Assembly: GCF_000007985.2 (NCBI RefSeq)
Contig: NC_002939.5
Coordinates: 2,850,001 to 2,882,000, forward strand
Direction of reading: 5' to 3'
DNA: 32,000 bases
Source of the DNA: Geobacter sulfurreducens PCA
GTDB taxonomy: Bacteria > Desulfobacterota > Desulfuromonadia > Geobacterales > Geobacteraceae
How positions within the stretch are numbered: position 1 is the first letter of the stretch; each line of letters opens with the position of its first letter. Positions 16,437-25,861 of this stretch are shown piece after piece. The translations under genes were made by a program, and so were the position numbers. Under the pieces are notes generated by a model. The model worked only from the letters and a program-made list of their open reading frames with translations. It was not told the origin of the DNA and did no database searches.

Positions 16437-17230
16437 CAGGTCTTTGAAAAACTATCAGTATTTAGGACCATTTTGACACAGTTTTATGCTATCTTATTGC
16501 GCATAACAAGCTGATATTCCAGGAGAATAAATATGCGCGGCCTTGAGCAACAATCTGATGCTTTGTTCGTTTATCTCTCGCCGGAATCCTTCGTTCCCAA
16601 AGACCATCCCCTTCGGCCGATTCGGCACATGGTAGATGCGGCACTGGAAAACCTTTCGCCGGTGTTCAGTAAGATGTACTCCCATACGGGCCGGCCCTCG
16701 ATTCCGCCGGAGCGCTTGCTCAAAGCCATGCTGCTTCAGGTGCTGTACTCGATTCCCAGTAACGTCAAGCTGGTTGAGCAGATTCACTTCAGTATCCTGT
16801 TCCGCTGGTTCCTTGGCCTGGGCCTGGATGATCCAGTTTGGGATAATTCCAGCTTCAGCACGAATCAGGAGCGGTTGATCGAGACCGATGTCGCCACGCA
16901 GTTCCTGGAGGCAGTACTTGATCAGGCGAAATGCAAGAAACTGCTCTCCAAAGATCACTTCAGTGTTGATGGCACCCTGATCCAGTCATGGGCCTCCATC
17001 AAGAGCTTCAAGTCACGGGACGATGATGACGGGCAACCGCCTGCCGGCAAGAATCCGGGCCGTGATTTCCAGGGTGAGAAGCTGAGCAACGAGACTCATG
17101 CATCCACTACCGATCCTGAAGCGAAGCTCTATCGCAAGGGGATCAACCAAGAGCCTCGATTGTCGTTTGCGGCCCATCTGCTGACCGAGAATCTGAATGG
17201 GCTGGTCATGATGAGTACCGTTACCGCATC
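16437..17230 (+). mobile_element. IS5 family element, second copy, 3'-truncated
   Basis: Left end CAGGTCTTTGAAAAA (16437-) resembles the IR of the 13092..14410 copy, and the GCGCATAAC box upstream of the ATG is shared. Homology to the intact copy stops near 17228, where GC content jumps. No right IR is present. Confidence 0.75.
16533..17228 (+). pseudogene. IS5 family transposase, N-terminal ~230 codons only
   Basis: MRGLEQQSDALFVYLSPESFVPKDHPLRPIRHMV...STVTAS aligns with residues 1-~235 of the 13241..14326 product. The remainder of track ORF 16533..17381 (PLPPHHPEPACP...) is unrelated GC-rich read-through. Confidence 0.75.
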
Positions 17231-17460
17231 CCCCCTACCCCCGCACCACCCGGAGCCCGCATGCCCCCTCTGTCCGCGAGGCCCCTGCAAACACCCGTGG
17301 CCACACGCCCCGCATGGCTCACCACCACGGAGGCATAGGGCGCATCGAGGTGCTCCCAGAGCAGGACATCAATTTCACTGAATCGCGGGGAATACTTGGC
17401 GAACGGCTGGGGCGGGAACGGTACGAAAAGGCGCAACACAGCATTTTCACGACGTTTCAT
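17221..17460 (-). pseudogene. possible 5' fragment of an unknown core gene cut off at the island border
   Basis: ATG 17460 with AGGGG upstream: MKRRENAVLRLFVPFPPQPFAKYSPRFSEIDVLLWEHLDAPYA... The frame runs into the truncated IS5 copy. No family recognised. Confidence 0.25.
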
Positions 17461-17816
17461 AAGGAAACCCCTGGTGCTGTAAACGAACGATTCAGGTTAG
17501 TAACATGCAATTAACATTTAATCAATTAGGGGAATTCCTGATTTTTTGCGCTGTTCGACGGTCGGCAGCCGGTCGCGTCCCTGTCCGCGCGGGTCGCAAA
17601 AATAGTTCTCAAGCTTCGGCCGGGGATGCCGATATGATTACCAACAGGTCAGAAGAAGCAGTTGGTATGATGATGCACCTTCATTGCGTTGGCCCTGCGG
17701 GCCGGAAAGGAGGCGAGATATCGTAACAGCTGGGAGAAAACCTACATGAGTAGCACCGAGGCAGGGCAACCTGCCGGTCGATCCCCGCTCGGGCGGGGAC
17801 AGGCACAGAATCAGAG

Positions 17817-17857
17817 AAGGCTGTACGGCACGTGACCGTACAGCCTTTCGCATTTTT
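17817..17857. terminator. bidirectional rho-independent-type terminator
   Basis: AAGGCTGTACGG (17817-17828), 7 nt loop, CCGTACAGCCTT (17836-17847). It is followed by tcgcaTTTTT on + and by ttctctgattct on -, and lies 35 nt downstream of the stop of the minus-strand gene ending at 17892. Confidence 0.55.
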
Positions 17858-17891
17858 GGGTGGAAGTATCGCGCGGGGCGGGCGACGGGCC

Positions 17892-19649
17892 TTACGCGCT
17901 GCACCACCGGCGCCAGATATCCCGCAGGGCCGTTTCCATGCGGCGGGCGAATCCGGTGGGGTCGCACAGGGGCGAGGCGGCCAGGCGGGGGCGCATATCC
18001 CGGCGCAGGGCGGCCAGCCGGGCGGGGTCGGCGGCAAGGGCGGCCGCGGCGGAGATGTATTCTTCCGGCGAGTGGGTGATGAGCTCGGGCAGGCCCAGGC
18101 TGGTGAGGATGCTGGCCCCGACCCGGGCGACATGGCGGGTGCCGCAGCAGGTGAGCACCGGCACGCCCATCCAGAGGGCGTCGCAGGTGGTGGCGGTGCC
18201 GTTGTAGGGGAAGGTGTCCAGGGCCAGATCGAGCCGGTTGTAGAGCGCCAGGTGGTCGTTGAAGTTCTCCACGAAGGAGACGAGCTCCAGCCGGTCCGGT
18301 GAGACGCCCCGGGCCCCGAAGGCGTCGCTGACTCGCCTGCGGCAGGTTTCGTCGGCAAAGCCCTTGAACTTGAGCATGAGGCGCGAGCCGGGCACGCGGC
18401 CCAGGATGGCGCTCCAGGCGTCGATCACCTGCGGGCTCACCTTTGCCAGGTTGTTGAAGGAGCCGAAGGTGACCCCGGCGCCCGCGAGGCATGGCGCCTC
18501 GCCCACGGGGGGAGCGCCGGCGGGCGGGGTGTAGCAGAGAAAGCCCTGTTCGAGCCGGATCAGCTGCTCGGTGTGCAGGGCATCGGCACTGCCGGGGGGG
18601 TCGGCAACGGCGTCGGTGATGCGGTAGTCCATGGCGCGCAGACCGGTGGTGTTGGGGTAGCCGAGCCAGGTCACCTGCACCGGCGCGGGTTTCAGGGCGA
18701 AGACCCTGAGCCGGTTGTGGGCCGTGTGGCCGGCCAGGTCCACGAGGATGTCGATGCCGTCGGCGCGGATCATCTCGGCCACGGCGGCGTCGCCCAGGCC
18801 TATGGTTCTGCGCCAGAGATCGGCATGGCCCTTGATCCGGGCGGTGACGTCATCCTCCTGGCGCTGGCCCCGCTCGGAGTAGCAGCAGATCTCGAACTGC
18901 GAGCGGTCGTGGTTCTCCAGGAAGGGGAGCAGGAAGTAGCCCACGGGGTGTTTCCCAAAGTCGCCGGAGACGTAGCCGATGCGCAGCTTCCGGCCGGGGT
19001 CGCGGTCGCACTGGTGGGTAGGGACGGACGCGGCGGCCGGGGCATGCTGCTCGCCCCAGCGGACGTGCTCACGGAACAGGGTTTCGTCGTCCATGTCGCT
19101 GTAGTGCAGCATCATGAGCAGGTCGCTGTGGAAGACGGGATCGTGGGGATTGATGGCGTGGGCCGTGCGGAAGGCGGCCAGGGTTTCGTCGAGCCGCCCC
19201 TGGTGGCGCAGGGTGGTACCCAGGTTGTGGTAGGCCGCGGCAAAGCCGGGTTCGATGGCGATGGCCCGGTTGAAGCAGTCGGCCGACTCGTCGAGCCGCC
19301 CCTGGGTGGCCAGGATATAGCCCAGGTTGTTGTAGGCCTTGGCGTAGTCGCGATTGAAGGAGATGGCGCTCCGGAAGCTGGCGGCGGCCTCGTCGAGCAG
19401 CCCTTTCTGCTGAAAGACAACCCCCAGGTTGTAGTGGGCCTGGGCGAAGCCGGGCCTGAGCCGCACGGCCTCACGGTAGCAGGAGAGTGCCATGTCGAGC
19501 GCGCCCCCGGCCAGATGGGCGTTGCCGGCGCGCCAGAGCATCTCGGCATCGGGAGTCGCAGCCGCGGACGTCGCCCGGTGGAAACAGCACTGCTTGTATT
19601 TCTTCCCGCTGCCGCATGGGCACGGGTCATTCCGGCCGATCTTGCTCAT
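17892..19649 (-). CDS. SEC-C motif / TPR repeat / GT41 (SPINDLY, O-GlcNAc-transferase-like) glycosyltransferase
   Basis: 585-aa ORF. N-terminal [16 protein letters not shown], about five TPR units ([39 protein letters not shown]...), and a C-terminal GT41-like half ([12 protein letters not shown]...LGYPNTTG...TCCG). Confidence 0.8.
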   Translation of the reverse strand: MSKIGRNDPCPCGSGKKYKQCCFHRATSAAATPDAEMLWRAGNAHLAGGALDMALSCYREAVRLRPGFAQAHYNLGVVFQQKGLLDEAAASFRSAISFNRDYAKAYNNLGYILATQGRLDESADCFNRAIAIEPGFAAAYHNLGTTLRHQGRLDETLAAFRTAHAINPHDPVFHSDLLMMLHYSDMDDETLFREHVRWGEQHAPAAASVPTHQCDRDPGRKLRIGYVSGDFGKHPVGYFLLPFLENHDRSQFEICCYSERGQRQEDDVTARIKGHADLWRRTIGLGDAAVAEMIRADGIDILVDLAGHTAHNRLRVFALKPAPVQVTWLGYPNTTGLRAMDYRITDAVADPPGSADALHTEQLIRLEQGFLCYTPPAGAPPVGEAPCLAGAGVTFGSFNNLAKVSPQVIDAWSAILGRVPGSRLMLKFKGFADETCRRRVSDAFGARGVSPDRLELVSFVENFNDHLALYNRLDLALDTFPYNGTATTCDALWMGVPVLTCCGTRHVARVGASILTSLGLPELITHSPEEYISAAAALAADPARLAALRRDMRPRLAASPLCDPTGFARRMETALRDIWRRWCSA

Positions 19650-19738
19650 CTCGATTCCCCTGGGATGAAGAGTGAGTGCCAGCCACCGCCAGCCGGCGCA
19701 CTCCGTACGCCTGCCCGGCCCGTGGCGGAAGATGCAGA

Positions 19739-19770
19739 AAGAGGGCTATGCGTTGCGGCATAGCCCTCTT
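19739..19770 (-). terminator. hairpin downstream of tRNA-Leu (possible terminator)
   Basis: AAGAGGGCTATGC (19739-19751), 6 nt loop, GCATAGCCCTCTT (19758-19770). T-rich flanks on both strands (gttttcc on +, tctgcatcttcc on -). Confidence 0.4.
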
Positions 19771-19797
19771 GTTTTCCTCAGTGCTTCATCTGTTACG

Positions 19798-19884
19798 TGG
19801 TGCCCGGAGCCGGGCTCGAACCGGCACAGCATTGCTGCCGAGGGATTTTAAATCCCTTGTGTCTACCAGTTCCACCATCCGGGC
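19798..19884 (-). tRNA. tRNA-Leu (anticodon UAA), CCA encoded
   Basis: Reverse strand GCCCGGATGGTGGAACTGGTAGACACAAGGGATTTAAAATCCCTCGGCAGCAATGCTGTGCCGGTTCGAGCCCGGCTCCGGGCACCA. 7-bp acceptor stem GCCCGGA/TCCGGGC, anticodon stem AGGGA/TCCCT with loop TTTAAAA, long variable arm, T-arm GCCGG-TTCGAGC-CCGGC. Confidence 0.9.
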
Positions 19885-19894
19885 AGTACCGGGT

Positions 19895-20185
19895 CTAATC
19901 GGCGTTCTCGTGGTTTACTCGCTCGCGGAGTTCCTTACCGGTCTTGAAGAACGGGGTCTTCTTGGCGGGGATCTTGACGATGGCGCCGCTCTTGGGGTTG
20001 CGGGCCTCGCGGGCGCCGCGCTCACGGACGGTGAAGCTTCCGAAGCCGCGGATCTCGACCTTCTCACCACTCTTGAGGGCGTCGGCGATACTGTCGAATA
20101 CGATGTTGACCACCATCTCCGAGTCCTTGCGGGTGAGCCACGAGTTTTTCTCCGCCAGCATTTCTACCAGTTCACTTTTTGTCAT
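19895..20185 (-). CDS. ihfB: integration host factor subunit beta
   Basis: MTKSELVEML...VEIRGFGSFTVRERGAREARNPKSGAIVKIPAKKTPFFKTGKELRERVN closely parallels E. coli IhfB (MTKSELIE..IEIRGFGSF..GRNPKTG..PHFKPGKELRDRAN). It lies directly downstream of rpsA, as in E. coli. Confidence 0.85.
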   Translation of the reverse strand: MTKSELVEMLAEKNSWLTRKDSEMVVNIVFDSIADALKSGEKVEIRGFGSFTVRERGAREARNPKSGAIVKIPAKKTPFFKTGKELRERVNHENAD

Positions 20186-20271
20186 CACAATACTCCTTGC
20201 TGCTTGATTGACTCTGCCGCGGTGCCGGCGTCGCCCGGCGGACCGGACGGCGCCCGCCCGGTGGACGGATG

Positions 20272-22032
20272 TTAGTCGTTGTTGTCGCCGTTCTTGCGCA
20301 TCCCCTCCCGGAGCAGGGCACCCAGGTTGGAGGTGGCTTCACCGCGGTCCTGCATGTACGACTCCAGCTCGGCCTTCTCGGCGGCGGCCTGGAGAGCCTT
20401 GACGGAGAGGGCGATCTTCTTCTCCACGTCGTCGACGCTCAGAACCACCGCATCCAGCTCGTCGCCCACGGAGGCGAAGTCCTTGGGCGAGGCGACCTTC
20501 TCGCGGGAAAGCTCGGAGACGTGCACCAGCCCTTCGATCCCCTCTTCGATCTCAAGGAAGACGCCGAAGTCGGTCACGGAGGTTACCTTGCCCCGCACGC
20601 GGGTGCCGGGACGGTAGGTTGCGGGGATGACGCTCCAGGGATCGGGGGTGAGTTGCTTGATCCCCAGGGAAAGGCGCTCGTTCTCGGCGTCCACGTTGAG
20701 GACCACGGCCTGGACGGTCTGCCCCTTGGCGTAGACCTCGCCGGGGTGCTTGATCCGCTTGGTCCAGGAGATGTCGGAAACGTGCACGAGGCCGTCGATT
20801 CCCTCGTCAACGCCGATGAAGACGCCGAAGTCGGTGATGCTCTTGATCTGCCCCTCCAGCTTGGTGCCGACGGGGTATTTCTCCTCCAGCTGGGTCCAGG
20901 GGTTGGCCTGGGCCTGCTTGAGGCCGAGGGAGATGCGGCGGTTGCCGGTGTCGATGCCGAGCACCACGGTTTCCACCTCGTCGCCCACGGTGAGGAGGTC
21001 GGACGGATGGCGGAGCCGCTTGGTCCACGACATTTCGGAGACGTGCACCAGCCCTTCGACCCCTTCGTCGAGGGCCACGAATGCGCCGTAATCGGTCATG
21101 CTGACCACGCGGCCGCTGACCCGGTCGCCGACTTGAAACTTCTGCTCCACCGCAAGCCAGGGATCGGGAGTGATCTGCTTGAGGCCCAGGGAGATCTTGC
21201 CCTTCTCCTGGTCGTACTTGAGAATCTTGACGCTGAGCTTGTCGCCCGGCTTGAGCATCTCGGAGGGGTGGCCCAGGCGGCCCCACGACATGTCGGTCAC
21301 GTGCAGGAGGCCGTCAACGCCGCCGATATCGACGAATGCGCCGTAATCGGTGATGTTCTTGACCACGCCTTCGCGAGTCTGGCCCTCGGCCAGGTTGGCG
21401 AGGGTCTCGGTGCGGACGCCGGCCCGTTCCTCTTCCAGCAGGACGCGACGGGAGAGAACGATGTTGCCCCGCTTCTTGTTGAGCTTGAGCACCTTGAAGC
21501 GGTCGGTCACACCGATGTACTTGTCCAGGTTGCCGCCGGGGCGGAGATCAACCTGGGAGGCAGGCAGGAACGCCTGGACGCCGATGTCGACGGTGAGGCC
21601 CCCCTTGACCTTGCCGGTGATCTTGCCTTCGACGATGCCGCCTTCGCCGCCGGCGGCGTCGATGGAGTCCCAGGCGGAGAGGCGGTCGGCCTTGCGCTTG
21701 GAGAGAACCGCGTACCCCTTCTGGTTTTCCTTCCGCTCAAACAGGGCCTTCACTTCGTCGCCCACCTGGACGGTCAGGTTGCCTGCCTCGTCGAGGAACT
21801 CTTCAACGGGGATGCTCCCCTCGGACTTGTATCCGATATCGACCAGCACGTAATCGTTGCTGATGTGCACCACCTTGCCCTTGACGACTTCCCCCACATG
21901 GTGATGCCTGATACTCTCCTGGAAAAGCTCGGCGAACTCGCCGGAGCCCCCCTGATCCGCCTCGTCCTCCGCATCGGCGAATCGTTTGATCGTCATTGCG
22001 GTGCGGCTGTTATAGTCCTTGTCATCACTCAT
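20272..22032 (-). CDS. rpsA: 30S ribosomal protein S1
   Basis: 586-aa ORF with six S1 repeats (GxVxGxVxxhxxxGhFVxh..GhxGLhHhSEhS). GGGAGG RBS. Confidence 0.95.
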   Translation of the reverse strand: MSDDKDYNSRTAMTIKRFADAEDEADQGGSGEFAELFQESIRHHHVGEVVKGKVVHISNDYVLVDIGYKSEGSIPVEEFLDEAGNLTVQVGDEVKALFERKENQKGYAVLSKRKADRLSAWDSIDAAGGEGGIVEGKITGKVKGGLTVDIGVQAFLPASQVDLRPGGNLDKYIGVTDRFKVLKLNKKRGNIVLSRRVLLEEERAGVRTETLANLAEGQTREGVVKNITDYGAFVDIGGVDGLLHVTDMSWGRLGHPSEMLKPGDKLSVKILKYDQEKGKISLGLKQITPDPWLAVEQKFQVGDRVSGRVVSMTDYGAFVALDEGVEGLVHVSEMSWTKRLRHPSDLLTVGDEVETVVLGIDTGNRRISLGLKQAQANPWTQLEEKYPVGTKLEGQIKSITDFGVFIGVDEGIDGLVHVSDISWTKRIKHPGEVYAKGQTVQAVVLNVDAENERLSLGIKQLTPDPWSVIPATYRPGTRVRGKVTSVTDFGVFLEIEEGIEGLVHVSELSREKVASPKDFASVGDELDAVVLSVDDVEKKIALSVKALQAAAEKAELESYMQDRGEATSNLGALLREGMRKNGDNND

Positions 22033-22098
22033 TTAAAGCTGGCCTCCCTACACGTCGTGGATTAGGATGAGTAAACGTAGCAATATCTATCGAAAAAC

Positions 22099-22947
22099 TC
22101 AACCTTTTTTCTTATTGTCAAACTCTTGTATCCGTTCTATTACCTCGTCGATAAGCCACTTGGGCGTGGATGCGCCCGCAGTGACCCCTACCCGCTCAAC
22201 CCCTTGAAACCATGATGCATCCAGCTCCTGGGCCGTCTCTATGTGGTAGGTACGCGGCTGCAGTTCGGAGCAGACCTCGGCGAGCCGCTTGGTGTTGGCG
22301 CTGTTGAAGCCACCGATGACGATCATGCAGTCCACCTCCCGGGCCAGGGCCTTGGCTTCGTCCTGGCGGACGGCGGTGGCGTCGCAGATGGTGTTGAAGA
22401 CCCGGATCTCCCCCCCCTTGAGGAGGCATTCCTTCACCACGTTCTTGAGGGTTTCGAAGGATTGGGTGGTCTGGGCCACAACGCCGACCTTCTTCATGTT
22501 GGGGAGCCTGGCGGCCTCCTCGCCGGAACCGACCACGTGGACCGGCCCCTCGGCGTAGGATACGATGCCCTGCACCTCGGGGTGGTCGGCATCGCCCACC
22601 ACCACCACGGTATAGCCGTCGTGGGACAGACGCTTCACGTGCTCCTGGGCCTTCTTGACAAAGGGACAGGTGGCGTCCACCACCTCAAGCTGCCGGCGGA
22701 CCGCGTCTTCCAGTTCCGCGGAGGTCACCCCGTGGGACCGGATGATGACGGTGCCGTTACCGATCCCTTCCAGGTCGCTCAGCACCTTCACTCCCATCCC
22801 CTCCAGGCGCTGCACGACCTGGGGCGAATGGATGATGGGGCCGAGGGTGAAGGTTTCCCCTTCCTTTTCGGCGGCCTCGAAGGCCATCTGGGTTGCCCGC
22901 TTCACGCCGAAGCAGAAGCCGGCCCGCTTTGCCAGTACGATCTCCAT
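22099..22947 (-). CDS. ispH: 4-hydroxy-3-methylbut-2-enyl diphosphate reductase
   Basis: Track ORF 22099..23166 trimmed to ATG 22947: MEIVLAKRAGFCFGVKRA (compare E. coli MQILLANPRGFCAGVDRA), plus the DATCPFV and NTICDAT cluster-Cys motifs. Confidence 0.9.
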   Translation of the reverse strand: MEIVLAKRAGFCFGVKRATQMAFEAAEKEGETFTLGPIIHSPQVVQRLEGMGVKVLSDLEGIGNGTVIIRSHGVTSAELEDAVRRQLEVVDATCPFVKKAQEHVKRLSHDGYTVVVVGDADHPEVQGIVSYAEGPVHVVGSGEEAARLPNMKKVGVVAQTTQSFETLKNVVKECLLKGGEIRVFNTICDATAVRQDEAKALAREVDCMIVIGGFNSANTKRLAEVCSELQPRTYHIETAQELDASWFQGVERVGVTAGASTPKWLIDEVIERIQEFDNKKKG

Positions 22948-22984
22948 TGCGTTGCTCCCGAAGCTGCTCTGTTGCCGTCCCGGA

Positions 22985-23686
22985 CTACGCGCCCGGAGTG
23001 GCCCGTTCCCGCTCCCGCACGATGGATTCCATGCGGTCCAGGACCTCCTCGATGGAAAGTCCGGTCGAATCGATGTCCACGGCGTCATCAGCCCGCCGCA
23101 GGGGGGCGTGCTCCCGGCCCGAGTCCTGCTCGTCCCGCCGGGCCACGGCCGCGATGGTCTCGTCAAGGGACACCTCCTGCCCCTTGGCCTTCAGTTCCAG
23201 GTAGCGCCGGCGGCCCCGTTCCTCCACTGACGCAGAGAGGAAAAACTTCACGTCGGCGTCCGGAAAGACCACGGTCCCGATGTCGCGCCCCTCCAGGATG
23301 ACCCCCCCTTCGCGGGCCATGTGGCGCTGGAGGCGCAACAGAACGTCGCGCACCACCTTGCGTGCCGAGATGGCCGAGGTGAGGGCGCTGATGGCCGGGG
23401 TCCGGATGGCGTCGGTCACGTCTTCGCCGTTTGCAGTCACCCGGCAGCAGCCGTTATTCCTCACAAAGGCGATCTCCAGATCGGCGCAGAGCCCGGCCAG
23501 GGAGGCGTCGTTGTCGGGCGCAATGCCGGCGCGGCTGGCGGCCAGGGCCACGGTCCGGAACATGGCTCCGGTGTCGATGTGGATGTAGCCGAGCCGGTCC
23601 GCCAGGAGCTTGGTTATGGTGCTCTTCCCGGCGCCCGACGGTCCGTCGATGGCGACGATGAGCCCCCTGCGCCCCGCCGCGCTCAC
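22985..23686 (-). CDS. cmk: cytidylate kinase
   Basis: IVAIDGPSGAGKSTITKLLADRLGYIHIDTGAMFR. Start assigned to GTG 23686, which overlaps the aroA stop (GTGA). The longer track ORF start (23743) lies inside aroA. Confidence 0.9.
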   Translation of the reverse strand: MSAAGRRGLIVAIDGPSGAGKSTITKLLADRLGYIHIDTGAMFRTVALAASRAGIAPDNDASLAGLCADLEIAFVRNNGCCRVTANGEDVTDAIRTPAISALTSAISARKVVRDVLLRLQRHMAREGGVILEGRDIGTVVFPDADVKFFLSASVEERGRRRYLELKAKGQEVSLDETIAAVARRDEQDSGREHAPLRRADDAVDIDSTGLSIEEVLDRMESIVRERERATPGA

Positions 23687-24972
23687 CGTACCGCCACCTT
23701 GTCCAGGAGCGCGGTGAAGGTGGGGAACGAGGTGGCGATGCACTCGGTGTCGCTTACGGTGATGGCCCCCGAGGCGGCAAGCCCCGCCACGAGCATGGAC
23801 ATGGCGATCCGGTGGTCGCCGAAGCTCTCCACGGTGACGCCGTTCAGCCGGCCGGTCCCCTCGATGATCATGCCGTCCGCCGTCTCGGTGATAGTGGCAC
23901 CCGCCGCGCGCAGGTTGGCGGCCATGGCGGCGATGCGGTCCGTTTCCTTGACCCGCAGCTCACGCGCGTCGCGGATGACGGTGGTTCCTTCGGCCAGGGC
24001 GGCGGCCACGCAGATGACCGGGAATTCGTCGATGGCCCGGGGCACCACGTCCCCTCCGATCTCGATCCCCTTGAGGGCAGATGACCGGACCAGCAGGTCG
24101 GCCACCGGCTCGCCGGAGACTTCGCGCTGGTCGAGCAGCTCCACCGAGCCCCCCATGGCGGCGAGAATGTCGAGGATGCCCGTGCGGGTCGGGTTCACGC
24201 CCACCCCCCGGATGAGCAGCTCGGAGCCGGGGACGATCAGGGCGGCAACCAGGAAAAAGGCCGCCGAGGAGATGTCGCCCGGCACCACGATGTCGCGGCC
24301 GTCCAGCTCGTGCCCGCCGTACACGGTGACCCCGGCGGCGTCGGTCTCCAACCGGGCGCCGAAGTGGCGGAACATCCGCTCCGAGTGATCCCGCGAGAGA
24401 TGGGGCTCGGTGACGCGGGTAGCGCCGTCGGCGTAGAGACCGGCCAGCATGAGGGCCGATTTCACCTGGGCGCTGGCCACCGGCGAATCGTAGGCGATGC
24501 CGGTCAGGGGCCGGCCAACGATGGCAAGGGGCGCCTTTTCTCCGTTGTCGCGGCCGTGGATGCAGGCCCCCATGCGCGAAAGGGGTTCCACCACCCGCCG
24601 CATGGGCCTGCGCCGCAGGTAGCGGTCGCCGGTTAGGACCGTGTAGAAGCGCTGGGCCGCCATGAGCCCCGTCAGGAGCCGGATGGACGTGCCGGAGTTG
24701 CCGCAGTCGATGACGTCCTCGGCCTCGGTCAGGCCGTGGAGCCCTTTCCCCTCGATCCGCAGGGTCTCGCCGTCGTCGTGGACCTGCACCCCCATGGCCC
24801 GGAAGGCGTCGAGGGTGGCGATATTGTCCTCGCCCCGGAGAAAGCCGCTCACCGTGGTCACGCCGCGGGCGATGGAGCCGAGCATGATGGAGCGGTGGGA
24901 GATCGATTTGTCCCCCGGCACCGCGATTTCGCCGCGCAGCGCACGGGCGGGGTGTGAACTCAGGCTTACCAC
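23683..24972 (-). CDS. aroA: 3-phosphoshikimate 1-carboxyvinyltransferase (EPSP synthase)
   Basis: LRGEIAVPGDKSISHRSIMLGSIA..., LGNSGTS-type CGNSGTSIRLL. Start assigned to GTG 24972 with GGAG 6 nt upstream (track start is 25005). Confidence 0.9.
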   Translation of the reverse strand: MVSLSSHPARALRGEIAVPGDKSISHRSIMLGSIARGVTTVSGFLRGEDNIATLDAFRAMGVQVHDDGETLRIEGKGLHGLTEAEDVIDCGNSGTSIRLLTGLMAAQRFYTVLTGDRYLRRRPMRRVVEPLSRMGACIHGRDNGEKAPLAIVGRPLTGIAYDSPVASAQVKSALMLAGLYADGATRVTEPHLSRDHSERMFRHFGARLETDAAGVTVYGGHELDGRDIVVPGDISSAAFFLVAALIVPGSELLIRGVGVNPTRTGILDILAAMGGSVELLDQREVSGEPVADLLVRSSALKGIEIGGDVVPRAIDEFPVICVAAALAEGTTVIRDARELRVKETDRIAAMAANLRAAGATITETADGMIIEGTGRLNGVTVESFGDHRIAMSMLVAGLAASGAITVSDTECIATSFPTFTALLDKVAVR

Positions 24973-24988
24973 GGACACTCCTTTGCAG

Positions 24989-25861
24989 CTAGAGTATGGC
25001 GTCACGGGACTCCTTGGAATCCCGGAAGAACCGTTCGAGACCTTCAGCGTCCCCCGCGGCCACCAGGGACCGGAGCTGGCCGAAGTACGCGGCGAAGTGA
25101 TCCATCATCTCCAGAACCCCCTCCCGGTTCATGAGGGCGATGTCGCGCCACATGGCCGGGTCCGACGAGGCAATGCGGGTGAAGTCCCGGAAGCCGCCGG
25201 CCGAATAGCGGAGAATGCTCTCCTCGAACCGGTCGTACCCCTCCACGGCATTCACCAGGGCGTAGGCGACCATGTGGGGGAGATGGGAGATGGCGGCAAC
25301 CACCCGGTCGTGCTTCTCCGGATCCATCAGCACCACTTCGGAACCGGCCGCCTCCCACATGCGGGCCACCGTGGCGAGCGCGTCGCGGTCAGTGGTTGCG
25401 GCAGGGGTCAGGATACAGCGCTTGCCCTGGTAGAGGGTGGCGAAGGACGCCCCGACCCCCGAGTGCTCGGTGCCGGCAATGGGGTGCCCCCCCACGAAAC
25501 AGGTGCCGGCCGGCATGAGGGGATCGCACGCGGCCACGACTTCTGCCTTGACGCTGCCGCCGTCGGTCACGATGCACCCGGCAGCCAGGTGGGGGGCGAT
25601 CTCCCTCACTACCCCCGCCATGGCGCGGACCGGCACGGAAAGAAAGACCATGTCGGCGCCGGCAACCCCTTCGGCAACCGTGGCCGCGGCCCGGTCGACG
25701 ACCCCCAGCTCGGCGGCCTGCCGCAGGTTGGCCTCGTCCCGGTCGATGCCAATGATCTCACCCACGGCACCGGCCGTCCGCAGGGCCCGCGCCAGGGAAC
25801 CGCCGATGAGGCCGACGCCGATGACGGCCAGTCGCCGGATAAAGGGGACGGAACCGCTCAT
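24989..25861 (-). CDS. tyrA: prephenate dehydrogenase
   Basis: RRLAVIGVGLIGGSLARAL Rossmann N-terminus and HPIAGTE motif. ATG 25861 overlaps the pheA stop (ATGA). The track ORF N-terminal extension is rejected. Confidence 0.85.
   Translation of the reverse strand: MSGSVPFIRRLAVIGVGLIGGSLARALRTAGAVGEIIGIDRDEANLRQAAELGVVDRAAATVAEGVAGADMVFLSVPVRAMAGVVREIAPHLAAGCIVTDGGSVKAEVVAACDPLMPAGTCFVGGHPIAGTEHSGVGASFATLYQGKRCILTPAATTDRDALATVARMWEAAGSEVVLMDPEKHDRVVAAISHLPHMVAYALVNAVEGYDRFEESILRYSAGGFRDFTRIASSDPAMWRDIALMNREGVLEMMDHFAAYFGQLRSLVAAGDAEGLERFFRDSKESRDAIL

Noticed and set aside
15131-16958. Plus-strand ORFs inside IS110-family copy 2 (15131..15511, 15653..15958, 15995..16312) and the minus-strand ORF 16494..16958 inside the truncated IS5 copy
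   Set aside because: They are antisense to clearly homologous transposase genes and have no independent support.
17638-19763. Several long ORFs overlapping the SEC-C/TPR/GT41 gene (17638..18492 -, 17681..18358 -, 18573..19763 +, 19112..19630 -, and others)
   Set aside because: They are alternative or antisense frames of a gene with clear TPR and GT41 motifs. Their products are Pro/Arg/Gly/Ala-rich low complexity.
19798-19884. tRNA-Leu as the integration site of the AT-rich island
   Set aside because: The island ends about 2.5 kb away, with a core-like gene and a terminator in between. I saw no direct repeat of the tRNA 3' end at either island border. The island structure is explained by attC recombination and IS activity.
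20269-22065. 598-aa ORF on the plus strand covering the whole rpsA locus
   Set aside because: It is exactly antisense to a textbook S1 gene. The product is low-complexity (G/A/V/L/D/H-rich) with no motifs, a typical stop-free antisense frame in high-GC3 genes.
22948-23166. N-terminal extensions of the ispH (to 23166), cmk (to 23743), tyrA (to 25987) and aroA (to 25005) track ORFs
   Set aside because: The extensions overlap the upstream genes and are Pro/Arg/Gly-rich. The conserved protein N-termini begin at internal starts with RBS or with coupled ATGA/GTGA overlaps.
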